A stretch of DNA of 64,000 bases from Gammaproteobacteria bacterium (GTDB lineage Bacteria; Pseudomonadota; Gammaproteobacteria; GCA-002705445; GCA-002716945): contig JAYQJW010000002.1 in NCBI GenBank assembly GCA_038142325.1, positions 384,001 to 448,000 on the forward strand, in the 5' to 3' direction. Of this stretch, positions 53,175 through 64,000 are shown in pieces; the first letter of the stretch is position 1, and each line of letters starts with the position of its first letter. The translations under genes were made by a program, and so were the position numbers. The notes beneath the pieces are model-generated. The model worked only from the letters and a program-made list of their open reading frames with translations, was not told where the DNA came from and searched no databases.

Positions 53175-54083
53175 ATGTTAAAACAAAGAACACTATCTAG
53201 CTCCATTACCGCAACAGGTGTAGGTCTTCACACAGGTAAAAAAATAAACTTAAAAATATGCCCAGGGAAATCAGACGATGGTATTGTTTTTATCAGAAAG
53301 GATTTATCAAATTTACCAATATCTGCATCTTTGAAAAACGTCCATGATACAAGATTATCCACAACCATTTCAAATGGTCAAGAATCTGTCTCTACTGTTG
53401 AGCATCTATTATCTGCATTTGCTGGTTTAGGTATTGATAACGCACGTGTTGAACTAGATGGACCTGAAGTTCCTATCATGGATGGAAGCTCAAGACCGTT
53501 CGTATTCTTATGTCAATCTGCTGGCATTTGTGAGCAAAACCATCCAAAGAAGTTTATTAAAATTGTAAAAGACATTGAGGTTAAACAGGGTGATAAATGG
53601 GCTAAGATTGAACCATTTGACGGGTTTAAAGTAGAATTTACAATTGACTTTGATCACCCTTTATTCCCAAAAGACACACAAACATCAACTATAGATTTCT
53701 CATCAGTTTCGTATTTAAGTCAAGTTAGTAGGGCAAGAACCTTTGGTTTTGCAAGAGATATAGAGAAACTAAGACAAAACAATCTAGCATTAGGTGGAAG
53801 TGTTAACAATGCGATTGTTATAGATGATTATAAAATTGTCAATGAAGATGGCTTAAGATACAAGGACGAATTTGTTAAGCACAAAATACTTGATGCCATT
53901 GGTGATTTATATCTTCTTGGTCATAGTATTATAGGTTCTTTTTCAGCTTTTAAATCAGGTCATCATTTAAATAATCTTTTGCTTAGAGAACTTGTGAACA
54001 ATCAAAATGCATGGGAAGAAGTAATAATAGAGGATGAGGTAAAATCACCGATATTATTTGCTCATACGACGGAGTCTATCTGA
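53175..54083 (+). CDS. lpxC: UDP-3-O-acyl-GlcNAc deacetylase
   Basis: [29 protein letters not shown] and [10 protein letters not shown]. Confidence 0.97.
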   Translation: MLKQRTLSSSITATGVGLHTGKKINLKICPGKSDDGIVFIRKDLSNLPISASLKNVHDTRLSTTISNGQESVSTVEHLLSAFAGLGIDNARVELDGPEVPIMDGSSRPFVFLCQSAGICEQNHPKKFIKIVKDIEVKQGDKWAKIEPFDGFKVEFTIDFDHPLFPKDTQTSTIDFSSVSYLSQVSRARTFGFARDIEKLRQNNLALGGSVNNAIVIDDYKIVNEDGLRYKDEFVKHKILDAIGDLYLLGHSIIGSFSAFKSGHHLNNLLLRELVNNQNAWEEVIIEDEVKSPILFAHTTESI

Positions 54084-54342
54084 CTTTCACTTTAAGTTCT
54101 CTAATATTACATAAATCATTCTTGTTAAATATATCTAAGTATTTATCCTTTTCAAATCGCATGATACTGGCAACTGAACTATCATCACATTCTATTGTTA
54201 TACATGTGTCGCTATAGTTGATAACACGTATTTTATTCTGTAAGTTGGTTTCGATTGAATCGTTAAGAATTAGATTTAAACTATCTATATTCTCTTTTTT
54301 ATCAATTACTTTCTTTGGTATGAAATCCGATATCTTTTTCAT
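54076..54342 (-). CDS. DUF721/DciA-like protein (putative)
   Basis: Small antisense ORF between lpxC and secA, the usual DciA position; [11 protein letters not shown] and ELKVKV pattern. Confidence 0.6.
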   Translation of the reverse strand: MKKISDFIPKKVIDKKENIDSLNLILNDSIETNLQNKIRVINYSDTCITIECDDSSVASIMRFEKDKYLDIFNKNDLCNIRELKVKVR

Positions 54343-54391
54343 AAAGTTCTCATTTATTGTATGATAAACCATATTTATTTATCTATAAAAT

Positions 54392-56975
54392 ATGATTGGT
54401 AACATAATAAAACAAGTTTTTGGTAGCCGTAACTCAAGAGTTCTCAAGGATTACGCATCTACAGTCAAACAAATCAATGCTTTAGAAGAAGTATATCTAA
54501 AGAAGTCTGATGAGGAATTAAAATTAGTTACATCTCAGCTGAAGCAGAAGTATATTACCACATCCAAAAACTTGGATGACATTCTTGTTGATGCGTTTGC
54601 AGCAGTAAGAGAAGCATCAAAGAGAACTCTTGGAATGAGACATTTTGACGAACAGCTACTTGGAGGAATTGCATTACATGAAGGAAAGATAAGTGAGATG
54701 AAGACGGGTGAGGAAAAACTCTTGTTAGCACTCTACCCGCATATCTAAATTCACTTAGCGGTGATCCTGTATACATTGTTACTGTAAATGATTATTTGGC
54801 TGAAAGAGATTCTAAGTGGATGGGAATAATTTATGAATTCTTAGGATTATCTGTTGGCTACATTAATAGTATGGTACCCCCAAATCATAGAGAAGAAGTT
54901 TATAAATCAAATATAATTTATGGCACTAATAATGAGTTTGGTTTCGATTACTTAAGAGATAATATGGTTTTGGATAAAAAACATAAATGTCAGACTAAAC
55001 TAAGTTATGCAATAATTGATGAAGTAGATTCTGTTCTTATTGATGAAGCTAGAACACCACTAATTATCTCTGGCTCAAATAATAAGACTAATAAAATTTA
55101 TTCTCTTATCAATAAAATAATAGAAAACTTTTTATCAATTGATGGAGATAATTACATACTTGAAGAAAAACAAAAATCTGTATCTTTAACGGAAGAGGGT
55201 CAATCACAAGTTGAGAAACTTTTACTTAAGAATAACTTAATTGAATCTTCATCAGATATTTATAATATAGAAAATATTCAATTATTTAGTCACATTGACT
55301 CTAGTCTTAGAGCTCATCTTATTTATAAAAAAGATAAAGATTATGTAGTAGAGAATAATGAGATAATCATTATAGATGAATTTACTGGAAGAAAGATGCC
55401 GGGGAGACGGTGGTCAGAAGGTTTGCATCAATCGATTGAGGCAAAAGAGAATGTTACAATCAAACAAGAAAATCAGACATATGCATCTATTACATTTCAA
55501 AATTACTTTAGAATGTTTGACAAAATATGTGGAATGACAGGAACTGCTGATACTGAGGCAGAAGAGTTCCATCAAATTTATAATTTAGAGGTAATCCAAA
55601 TTCCTCCTCACAAAAAAATGATAAGAGATGATAAGGTGGACTTGGTCTTTCTGACTCAAAAAGAAAAATATGAAAGAATACTACATGAGATTATAGAAAT
55701 TAATAAAACTCAACAACCTATATTAGTTGGCACTACATCTGTTGAATCATCAGAGTCAATATCAAAAATATTGAAGAGTAGAAAAATCAATCATTCTGTA
55801 TTAAATGCTAAATATCACCAAAAAGAGGCTGAAATTATTGAAAATGCAGGTGCACTTAATTCTATTACTATAGCTACAAATATGGCTGGAAGAGGAACTG
55901 ATATCGTCTTGGGTGGTAAGAAAAATGATAAGAATATAGATGAATGGGAAAAAAATAACCAAAAGGTAAAATCTCTCGGAGGTCTATATGTTATTGGCAC
56001 AGAAAGACATGAGTCTAGAAGAATAGATAATCAACTTCGAGGAAGATCTGGTAGACAGGGAGATCCAGGAATATCTAGATTTTTTCTATCATTAGAAGAC
56101 AACCTGATGAGAATATTCGCGTCTGATAAAGTATCAGAAATCATGAAGAAATTAGGAATGGAACAAGGTGAGGCGATAGAGCATAAATGGGTGTCAAAAT
56201 CTATTGAAAATGCTCAGAAAAGAGTTGAAGCCCATAACTTTGATATTCGTAAAACATTGCTTGAATATGATGATATTTCTAATGAACAGAGGAAATTAAT
56301 ATATCAACAAAGAGATTTCATACTCGATAACAATAGTACAACATTGATATCTAATCTCTCTTCAAACTATTCTCAAGATTTTATAGATTTTAATTTAGAT
56401 TTTTAACATCACATGATACAAAACTCTCAGATTTTAATGAAACTCTTAAATCTGATTTTTTAATTGATATTAATTTAGATGATATGATTGCTAATAATCA
56501 GCTAGATAAAGATTCACTATATACTGATTTAAAAAACCTTCTTGAAAATAGAGTAATTAGTTTGATTGATAATTTAAAACATCAGGAACAAGATGATTTG
56601 ATAAGAAATATTTCTCTAGCTGTTTTAGATGAGGAATACAGGAATCATTTAAGCTCAATGGATTATCTAAGACAGTCAATAGGTTTAAGAGGCTATGCTC
56701 AAAAAAATCCAAAAAATGAATATAAAAAAGAATCATTTGAAATGTTTAATTTAATGCTAACAGATATTACCAAAGAAATATTAAAGATTTGTTGTAGGAT
56801 AAAAATTGATACCTATATCAATAAGCATGAAGTCAATGAAAATAAAAATATGCTAGAAAAAAAATCAAATGATCCAGCATGTCTTTTAAATCACAATCAA
56901 GGTGAGATTCCTAGAAATAAAAGATGTCCTGTAACAAATTTGAAATTTAAACAATGTTGTGGGAAATTATCATGA
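54392..56975 (+). CDS. secA: Preprotein translocase ATPase SecA; frameshifts near 54712 and 56400
   Basis: [58 protein letters not shown] and LRGYAQKNP. Confidence 0.96.
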
Positions 56976-58132
56976 CTTCAAAATTTGTAACATTAAAATT
57001 AGGTATAAAAAACAATAGCATTGATGGTTTATTAATTAAACTTCCTTCTACTTCCTCTACCGCCATGATATCAACAAAAAATAAATTTGCTGCAGCACCT
57101 GTAATACTTTCAAGAAAAAATATAAAAACTGGTCGCACGTTATTTGTATTCATAAACTCTGGTAATGCAAATGCCTGTACTGGAAAAATAGGCCTGGAAA
57201 ACTGTAATAAAATTCTTCTTCTTTTATCTGAAAAACTTGCATGTAATAAAGAGGATATCCTAATTATGTCGACAGGAATCATTGGGAGACAGCTTCCTAT
57301 GAAGAATATAATTAAATCTATACAGAATAGTGATTTCAATAAATATGCAAGTATTAAAAATGCTGCAACTGCAATCATGACTACAGATAAATTTCCAAAA
57401 TATTTAACTAAAGCTTATAACATTAATAATAAGCGCATTATTTTTAAAGGAATATGTAAAGGCGCAGGAATGATTGAGCCAAACATGGCTACAATGCTCT
57501 CATTCATTGAGACAAACGCACATTTATCTAAATCGCTTCTTAAGAAGTATCTTAAACAATGCGCAGATTTATCTTTTAATTCTATTTCTGTTGATGGAGA
57601 TATGTCAACAAATGACACAGTTGTTTTCTCATCGTGTGGGGATATTAAATTAAATTTTAAAAATAAATCAATTGAAAAAGAATTTATCTCATGTGCATCT
57701 GATTTTTTTGTAAACCTTTCTAATATGATAGTAAAAGATGGAGAAGGTGCAACAAAAATTATAAAACTAAATATTATAAATGCTAAAAATCAACTTCTTG
57801 CACTCAAGTATAGGCAGAAAAATTTCCAACTCTCTTCTTGTTAAGACTGCTATGTATGGTGCAGATCCAAATTGGGGAGAATTATTGCAAGTCTAGGATC
57901 TATAGATTCTCAATTTATTAATCCAAACAAAAATAAATTATTGATTAATAATATTTTATGCTTCAGGGATGGTGTACCTGTAGATGCTGGTTCTAAAAAG
58001 CTCGCTAAATCAATGAACAATAAAAATATTGAAATTACATTAGATTTACATAATGGTAATAGCCAACAAAGTATATATTTTTCTGATTTATCTCATGAAT
58101 ATGTCAGTATAAATTCTGAATATACTACATAA
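56972..58132 (+). CDS. argJ: Bifunctional ornithine acetyltransferase; frameshift near 57820
   Basis: NSGNANACTG, STGIIG, IMTTD, KGAGMIEPNMATML, DGEGATK and terminal INSEYTT. Confidence 0.95.
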
Positions 58133-59027
58133 TGAATCCCGAAATAATTGAAATTTCAATTGGTTTAATTCAAATTAATTCGTCATATGTTTGTATAAAA
58201 CGTAACGAGGAACCATACAAAGATCATATAGAATTTCCTGGAGGAAAAAAGAAATCAAATGAAACGTCCAGTCATATGTCTTATTCGAGAGCTTAAAGAA
58301 GAATTAGATATTGATATAAAAAAATTTAAATTGATTACATCAATCAAACATAATTATATAAAAAAATTAATTATAATAAATGTTTATAAAATTCATAAAT
58401 ATTCAGGAACTATTAAATCCAATGAGGAAAGGGACATAATATATTTTAATCATTATGATTCACATAAAGTTCTGCCAACACATTTTGATGTATTGAACCT
58501 ACATAAAATACCAAAACTTCTGAAAATTATATCTAAAGAAGCATTAAATAAAATCTCTGATGAAAGTCTAAATTTATTTTCTCACATAAGACTAAGGGAT
58601 ATATCATATAGTTTTTATAAAAAATATATAGAGGAGAAACTATTAGAATTTAACTTTAATGGTAATTTAATCATTGATTATCCTCATAACATTGACTGGG
58701 AAGATAAATATTATGGAATTCATTACAAAAGTTGTTTCATAAGAAATGTTAATCAGCAGAAAAAAGACTCAGTGTTATATTCAGCGTCATGTCACAACCT
58801 CAAAGACATTGAACTTTGTAACGAACGACCATTCAATTTTATATTACTATCACCGGTACTTGAGTCACATCATGATTATTCGCCTTTAGGTTGGCAGGAT
58901 TTTCTGATTTATCAAAATTATCTTACAAACCAACTCTAGCTCTCGGCGGAACAAGCTCTCGAAATGATGATCTAATTACGTGTATCAATAATATGGTTTT
59001 GGCTTATCAGGTATAAGATATTTCTAA
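58132..59027 (+). CDS. mutT: Nudix hydrolase (MutT-like) fused to a thiamine-phosphate-synthase-like domain; frameshifts near 58250, 58900 and 58990
   Basis: EFPGGK...RELKEEL Nudix box. SASCH, LSPV..H...PLGW, ALGG and GIR in the C-terminal domain. Follows argJ. Confidence 0.8.
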
Positions 59028-59789
59028 TTATATATAACAAAGATCCAACACAAAATTTATATCTTGGTTCAATCTTATAATTTTATTATTATCATCAATT
59101 GTCATAAAAGCAATAGTTGCTCTTTGAGGACCTACACTTATTTTAGGAAAAAAATAATTATCTGTTTTCATTGTCACTCTTAATAGTCTAATCTTTTTTT
59201 CTATATCCATTTTGAATAGATACATTCCATCCTTAGCAGTTATTTCAACAGTTTCAGAGCTTTTCCTGAGTAGATCAAGGCAAAAGAAAATGGAGTTTTC
59301 AATAGGTTTAATTAATTCTAACCATAGATTAATTTGGTTTTTTCTAAAGTCATGATCTCTGGAAAGCCAATAATCTAGATCAGGACATGATGTATTAATA
59401 TGTTTGATAATTGTTTGAAGTAACTCATCATTTTTTAAGACATTTAAATAATTTGCCTCTAAGTCATGTAAGGTTTTAAGAATAGCGTTCTGTTTTTCCA
59501 TTATTGAATTTAATTTAATTTTATCTGCCCGATCAAATTTGATGTATTCTTGATACCGCACTTTGTGAGTCTCAATCTCAGATATAAGATCTCGCTTTAT
59601 TTCACTTCTAGTTAAATTAATAAATAGTTCGGAAATATTTAATAATGTTGAATATGCATCATACTTTGAATCAATATCCATATGATTATTTATCTTCATA
59701 TAAATATTTTCAAATCTAAGAAACTTTCTGATTCTTTCATCAACAGGTTGTTCATAGATTGAAGCGTGTATATCAGAAAAATTATTCAT
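59028..59789 (-). CDS. zapD: Cell division protein ZapD
   Basis: YEQPVDERIRKFLRFE, LLRV and FPKISVG; downstream of coaE. Confidence 0.88.
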   Translation of the reverse strand: MNNFSDIHASIYEQPVDERIRKFLRFENIYMKINNHMDIDSKYDAYSTLLNISELFINLTRSEIKRDLISEIETHKVRYQEYIKFDRADKIKLNSIMEKQNAILKTLHDLEANYLNVLKNDELLQTIIKHINTSCPDLDYWLSRDHDFRKNQINLWLELIKPIENSIFFCLDLLRKSSETVEITAKDGMYLFKMDIEKKIRLLRVTMKTDNYFFPKISVGPQRATIAFMTIDDNNKIIRLNQDINFVLDLCYI

Positions 59790-60344
59790 GTTTTGATAAT
59801 TCCTTCATTAAAATATTGATTTAGCATGCATGGACTGACTTATATTTTCAAGAATAATATTGCAGGATTTTTTAATAATTTCATAGTCATTTTGAATGCT
59901 ATCGAGTTGATCAAAAATATCTATATCATTCTTATTATTAGTATTATATCTTTCACGCCTGACCTGTTTGGGAGCATCTACATATATAGAATTATATTTC
60001 TTAAAAAGGAATTGATTATTTATTATAGGAGGAAGTTCAATCATGGAATTATCACTTTTACTAAATATATCTGAGATCATTTCATATATAATGGGATGAA
60101 TAATATTTTCAATTTCCTCTTTATTTTTTCTTGATTTAAAAAAATAATCTCTAATATCATCTTTAAAATTTTTCCTTGTTTGTTTTATACCGATATTATT
60201 TTTTAATTGATTTATTACACTTTCATCCTCATAAAGTTTAGAAACAATCTCATCAGATTTATAGGTTTGAAAGTTATAATTCTTTGCTACATCTAGAAGT
60301 GTGCTTTTTCCAGAACATACAAGTCCTGTAACAAGGTAATTCAT
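59786..60344 (-). CDS. coaE: Dephospho-CoA kinase; probable frameshift near the 3' end
   Basis: TGLVCSGKST P-loop and ENIIHP; the corrected end overlaps zapD by ATGA. Confidence 0.85.
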
Positions 60345-60424
60345 TATCTAAGGATGACGGTTAATGTGATTCCAATTATCAATATAATAATTAGAGTGAG
60401 CAATAAAGGTTGTCTTCTAGTCAT
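60344..60424 (-). CDS. Putative 26-aa single-TM peptide
   Basis: MTRRQPLLLTLIIILIIGITLTVILR; ATGA overlap upstream and TAATG overlap with coaE. Confidence 0.45.
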   Translation of the reverse strand: MTRRQPLLLTLIIILIIGITLTVILR

Positions 60425-60609
60425 TTTTTATTTGGACATTGATTAATTTGACTTTCAGTACGACATAGATTCTTTTCCAGTACATGAAAACAGCACTAGC
60501 CACACATAACCATATCATTTGTATCTTTAATTATTTCTCTAGATTGCTTGTTCCTTTTGAGAAAGAAATAAGCGACAATTATAACTGAAAGTATTAGGAT
60601 AATTTTCAT
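60421..60609 (-). CDS. Small membrane-anchored Cys-motif protein (PP0621-like) with an in-frame TAG
   Basis: MKIILILSVIIVAYFFLKR...DMVMCG*CCFHVLE...C...C; resembles the MVxCxxCGxH motif. TAG at 60496-60498. Confidence 0.55.
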
Positions 60610-60660
60610 ACTTTTTATAATGGATTTTTTACATAATAATTTCAACTATTAAATAAATCA

Positions 60661-61410
60661 ATGATGAATGATCAAGATACAATTAGACATATAGTTGATT
60701 GGATTAATCAATATGTCAGGAATATGCCAAAACCGGCCGAAAGTTTGATTGTTGGTATATCCGGAGGTATCGACTCTTCACTTACAAGTACATTAGCCAG
60801 CATGACGGGCATAAAAACTTTTGCTGTTTCAATGCCTATCAATACTAATGACAATGATACTAATCTTGGGCACGTGCATGGTAAATGGTTAGAAGGGAAA
60901 TTCAATAATACAAGTCTTGTTAATATTGACCTAACATCTACATATAAAATATTTAATTCAACTATTTGTGATGTAAATCAAAAATCTGACTTAGGCTTTG
61001 CAAATTCTAAATCTAGATTAAGAATGGTCACATTATATCAAGTTGCTGCTGCTCAAAATGGAATTGTAGTAGGTACTGGTAATAAAGTTGAGGATTTTGG
61101 CGTTGGCTTTTATACAAAATATGGTGATGGAGGAGTTGATATTGCTCCTATAGCTGATCTCATGAAATCTGAAGTTAAAAGTTTGTCACAAAGTCTTGGT
61201 ATTGATCAAAGAATTATCGAAGCACCTCCTCGCGATGGACTCTGGGATGATGATCGAACTGATGAGACTCAGCTTGGGTTATCATATGATGAATTAGAAG
61301 ATGCAATGATGAATGCAGAATCAGGAAATAGACAAAAATATGATTCTATTCGTAAAAATAACCTGCACAAAATGTTGCCAATTCCGGTGTGCAAAATACC
61401 TAGATCTTAA
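60661..61410 (+). CDS. nadE: NH3-dependent NAD+ synthetase
   Basis: GISGGIDS, SRLRM, VVGTGNKVE and YTKYGDGGVD; no glutaminase domain. Confidence 0.95.
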   Translation: MMNDQDTIRHIVDWINQYVRNMPKPAESLIVGISGGIDSSLTSTLASMTGIKTFAVSMPINTNDNDTNLGHVHGKWLEGKFNNTSLVNIDLTSTYKIFNSTICDVNQKSDLGFANSKSRLRMVTLYQVAAAQNGIVVGTGNKVEDFGVGFYTKYGDGGVDIAPIADLMKSEVKSLSQSLGIDQRIIEAPPRDGLWDDDRTDETQLGLSYDELEDAMMNAESGNRQKYDSIRKNNLHKMLPIPVCKIPRS

Positions 61411-62249
61411 AATAAACCTAAATCGAAGAAAGAGCTCTCTATTTTTTCTTCTTTTTTGATATTTTTATCATGAATTAGGACTTTACCATTCTGATTAACT
61501 TTATAAGAATAATTTGAATAGTTTGTTACCAGTACTTTTGCATTATCTAATGCTAAATTAAAAGATCCAAGATTATTATAGCTCTCTATTAAAATGAGAA
61601 GAGCATCTTTGGTTGCAGGGGCCCCCGGATAAGTCTCAAGCATATATTTTGCTCTCTCACTTGATGCGACATAAGCTCCACGTTTGAGATAGTAATTTGC
61701 AATGTATGTTTCATGTTTCGCCATACTATTTCTTAAAAAGATCAGTCTATTTTCAGCATCATCAGCATACTTACTGCCTTTGAACCTATTACTAATTTCG
61801 AGGAAGTCATTGTAGGCTCTTTTGAGACGTGTTACATCATATTTGGAGATATCTTGACCAAGTATTTCTTGAAAAAAAGGTTGCTCTTTTTCAAGATTAG
61901 ATAAAGCTCTCATGTAATAAGCATAGTCAACCTTCGGATGATTTGGATATAAATCTATGAACTTATCACATTCTGCAATCGTGTCGTCTTTTTGACCAAA
62001 GTCATAATATGCAAATGCAAGATCAAGTATTGATTGTTGTGAATATGTGGAAAACGGAAATCTAGCTTCAAGTATTTCAAATACTGTGACTGCCTGCGGT
62101 ATGTCTGCATTAGCTAGAAATCCTGAACCTTCATTGTATAATTCAACTTCTGACATTCCCTCATAAGGATCAACTTTAGCCTTTTCTAAAACTGCGCAAC
62201 TACTCAAACAAAATAAAAATACAATTAATGAAAGATTAAATTTTTTCAT
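61407..62249 (-). CDS. bamD: Outer membrane protein assembly lipoprotein BamD
   Basis: Lipobox LSSC, TPR repeats, DYAYYM and A.YYLKRGAY; divergent from rluD. Confidence 0.93.
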   Translation of the reverse strand: MKKFNLSLIVFLFCLSSCAVLEKAKVDPYEGMSEVELYNEGSGFLANADIPQAVTVFEILEARFPFSTYSQQSILDLAFAYYDFGQKDDTIAECDKFIDLYPNHPKVDYAYYMRALSNLEKEQPFFQEILGQDISKYDVTRLKRAYNDFLEISNRFKGSKYADDAENRLIFLRNSMAKHETYIANYYLKRGAYVASSERAKYMLETYPGAPATKDALLILIESYNNLGSFNLALDNAKVLVTNYSNYSYKVNQNGKVLIHDKNIKKEEKIESSFFDLGLF

Positions 62250-62266
62250 GGGTATATCATTATATC

Positions 62267-63211
62267 ATGGAAGGAAACAATGTTTACAACTTTACGTTGG
62301 AGATAGATAAAGAGGATAGACTTGATAAACATCTTAAAAATCATTTTCCAGAGTATTCAAGAGCAACTATCCAAAAATGGATAAAAAACGACAACGTTAA
62401 AATAGACGGAAAAACATGTGCTCAAAAAGATATAATTAAATCAAGTTGTAATGTTTCCATTGTTATTACTTCTAAACCTGAAGTCAATTTAATTGCCGAA
62501 GATATTGATCTTGATGTGATACATGAATGTAGTGAATATATTGTTGTTAACAAACCATCTGGCATGGTGACGCATATTGCACCGGGTCATCTTGCTGGTA
62601 CTCTGCAGAATGCTCTATATTATAGATATCCAGATTTAGCAAATGTCCCACGTACAGGGATAATTCATCGCCTTGACAAGGATACATCTGGAGTACTTGT
62701 AGTTGCAAGAAACCTGATTGCACACAACTACTTAAGCACTCAATTACAAGAGCATAAATTTGAAAAAACTTATCATGCTATTATTTCTAGAGTATTAGAT
62801 AAACCTACTACAATAGAAGAAAATATAGGTAGACATCCAATAAATAGAAAAAAAATGACTGTCACAAGTAATGGCAAGCATGCAAAATCTATAGTCAAAC
62901 CAATAACTAATTTAGTTAACTCCTCTCATGTTGAAATTAAAATTATAACTGGACGCACTCATCAGATAAGAGTACATATGTCTTTCCTCAATCATCCTAT
63001 CATTGGAGATAAACTATATGGATATAGAAAAAATATTTTTAACAAATATCCAAATCTTCTAAAACATATTGATCCAACTTTTGGTCAATACTTACATGCT
63101 TACTCTTTATCATTTAGAGACAATATTTCTGGAAGAATGAAATCCTTCAATGCAAGTTATCCAACTCAATATAATTCTTTACTTGAAAACATGAATGAAC
63201 ATTTATCATGA
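62267..63211 (+). CDS. rluD: 23S rRNA pseudouridine synthase D
   Basis: S4 domain RLDK, NKPSG, HRLDKDTSG and GRTHQIRVH. Confidence 0.93.
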   Translation: MEGNNVYNFTLEIDKEDRLDKHLKNHFPEYSRATIQKWIKNDNVKIDGKTCAQKDIIKSSCNVSIVITSKPEVNLIAEDIDLDVIHECSEYIVVNKPSGMVTHIAPGHLAGTLQNALYYRYPDLANVPRTGIIHRLDKDTSGVLVVARNLIAHNYLSTQLQEHKFEKTYHAIISRVLDKPTTIEENIGRHPINRKKMTVTSNGKHAKSIVKPITNLVNSSHVEIKIITGRTHQIRVHMSFLNHPIIGDKLYGYRKNIFNKYPNLLKHIDPTFGQYLHAYSLSFRDNISGRMKSFNASYPTQYNSLLENMNEHLS

Positions 63212-63933
63212 TTACTAGATATAAAATAGACTGGAAAGTACCTAGTAACATTGAATTTTTTATCTCAACCAATCAGTCGGGTTTTAGTAGAGAAAAATTC
63301 AAACATGCAAATTTCTCATTGAATGTTGGAGATAATCAAACAAATGTTCAATCCAATATTAATTGTCTAAAAAATCAACTTAATATAAATCATATTGTAT
63401 TTATGAATCAGACTCATTCAAACTTAGTCAGTAATGTATCAACCAACAGCAAGTATGCAGATAGTGATGCTATTTTTTCAAATGATAAACATATTGCTTG
63501 TGCTGTTTTAACTGCAGATTGCATACCTATCTTAATTACTAATAAAGCAGGTTCAATTATAGGTTGTATACATGCTGGATGGAAAGGACTTAGACATAAT
63601 ATTATTGAAAATTTTTTTAATGAACTTTCTAATATAAAAAAAGAAGATATCATGGTGTTACTAGGACCATGTATTTCCCAAAATAATTATGAGGTTGATG
63701 AAGATGTTTTGAATCAATTTCCAAAATATTCTAAAAGATTTGAAAAAGTGAAAAACGGTAAATATAAAATGAATCTTCGATATATTGCATATGATATATT
63801 ATCTGAAATTGGTATCACTGATGTTACAATATCAAAGTCATGTACTTTTGATGAGGGTTTTTACTCTTATAGAAAGGATGGTATTACTGGAAGATTTATT
63901 TCACTAATTTGGTTTAAGGATGCTTCAAGATAA
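63208..63933 (+). CDS. pgeF: Peptidoglycan editing factor PgeF (YfiH)
   Basis: QTHS, TADCIP, HAGWKG, GPCI and YSYR...GR. Confidence 0.92.
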   Translation: MITRYKIDWKVPSNIEFFISTNQSGFSREKFKHANFSLNVGDNQTNVQSNINCLKNQLNINHIVFMNQTHSNLVSNVSTNSKYADSDAIFSNDKHIACAVLTADCIPILITNKAGSIIGCIHAGWKGLRHNIIENFFNELSNIKKEDIMVLLGPCISQNNYEVDEDVLNQFPKYSKRFEKVKNGKYKMNLRYIAYDILSEIGITDVTISKSCTFDEGFYSYRKDGITGRFISLIWFKDASR

Positions 63934-64000
63934 GATTAAAAATATAAAAATATTTCCTTTCATAGGGTTATTAATTATTTTAGGCCTTGTTTATGGGGGC

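Noticed and set aside
60496-60498. Amber recoding (pyrrolysine or an alternative genetic code)
   Set aside because: TAG serves as a normal stop elsewhere (e.g. 4647-4649, 37920-37922), no pyl genes are seen, and it is a single instance.
1-64000. Numerous frameshifts as pseudogenes or programmed frameshifting
   Set aside because: They hit essential genes (secA, ftsA, ftsI, ftsW, murF, ddl), mostly at homopolymer runs, with intact motifs on both sides. This pattern is typical of long-read consensus error.
1-64000. CRISPR arrays, IS elements, integrases, prophage, tRNA/rRNA genes
   Set aside because: I saw no regularly spaced repeats, transposase/integrase ORFs, cloverleaf sequences or rRNA signatures. 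The island shows no mobility hallmarks.

Overview
AT-rich, densely packed gammaproteobacterial sequence, probably from a streamlined aquatic or marine organism (inference). Single-base indels, mostly in homopolymers, break even essential genes (secA, ftsA, ftsI, murF, ddl), so most frameshifts are best read as long-read assembly errors. The window has three parts. (1) 1-15.2 kb: an Fdh1AB-type formate dehydrogenase, followed by an unusual catabolic island. The island encodes an XylM/AlkB-family membrane di-iron monooxygenase with a non-canonical third His box (QADHH), a 59-aa divergent ferredoxin missed by the ORF track, a divergent Cys-rich GST-fold protein, an XylA-type reductase, a 90-aa membrane protein and a FadL/TodX/XylN-family porin. 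It ends with methanethiol oxidase (mtoX) and its SCO-MauG and TlpA maturation genes. (2) 15.2-33.7 kb: a near-complete tetrahydromethanopterin/methylofuran formaldehyde-oxidation cluster (fhcBADC, mptG, mtdB, mch, fae and cofactor genes). (3) 33.8-64 kb: housekeeping genes (dusA, rnpB, a rearranged dcw cluster with ftsZ between ftsL and ftsI and a J-domain gene between mraZ and rsmH, lpxC, secA, argJ, zapD, coaE, nadE, bamD, rluD, pgeF). Main hypothesis (inference): the island encodes a previously undescribed membrane di-iron dimethyl sulfide (or related S-methyl) monooxygenase. It would yield methanethiol plus formaldehyde and feed MtoX, the H4MPT pathway and FDH, giving a contiguous DMS-to-CO2 route.
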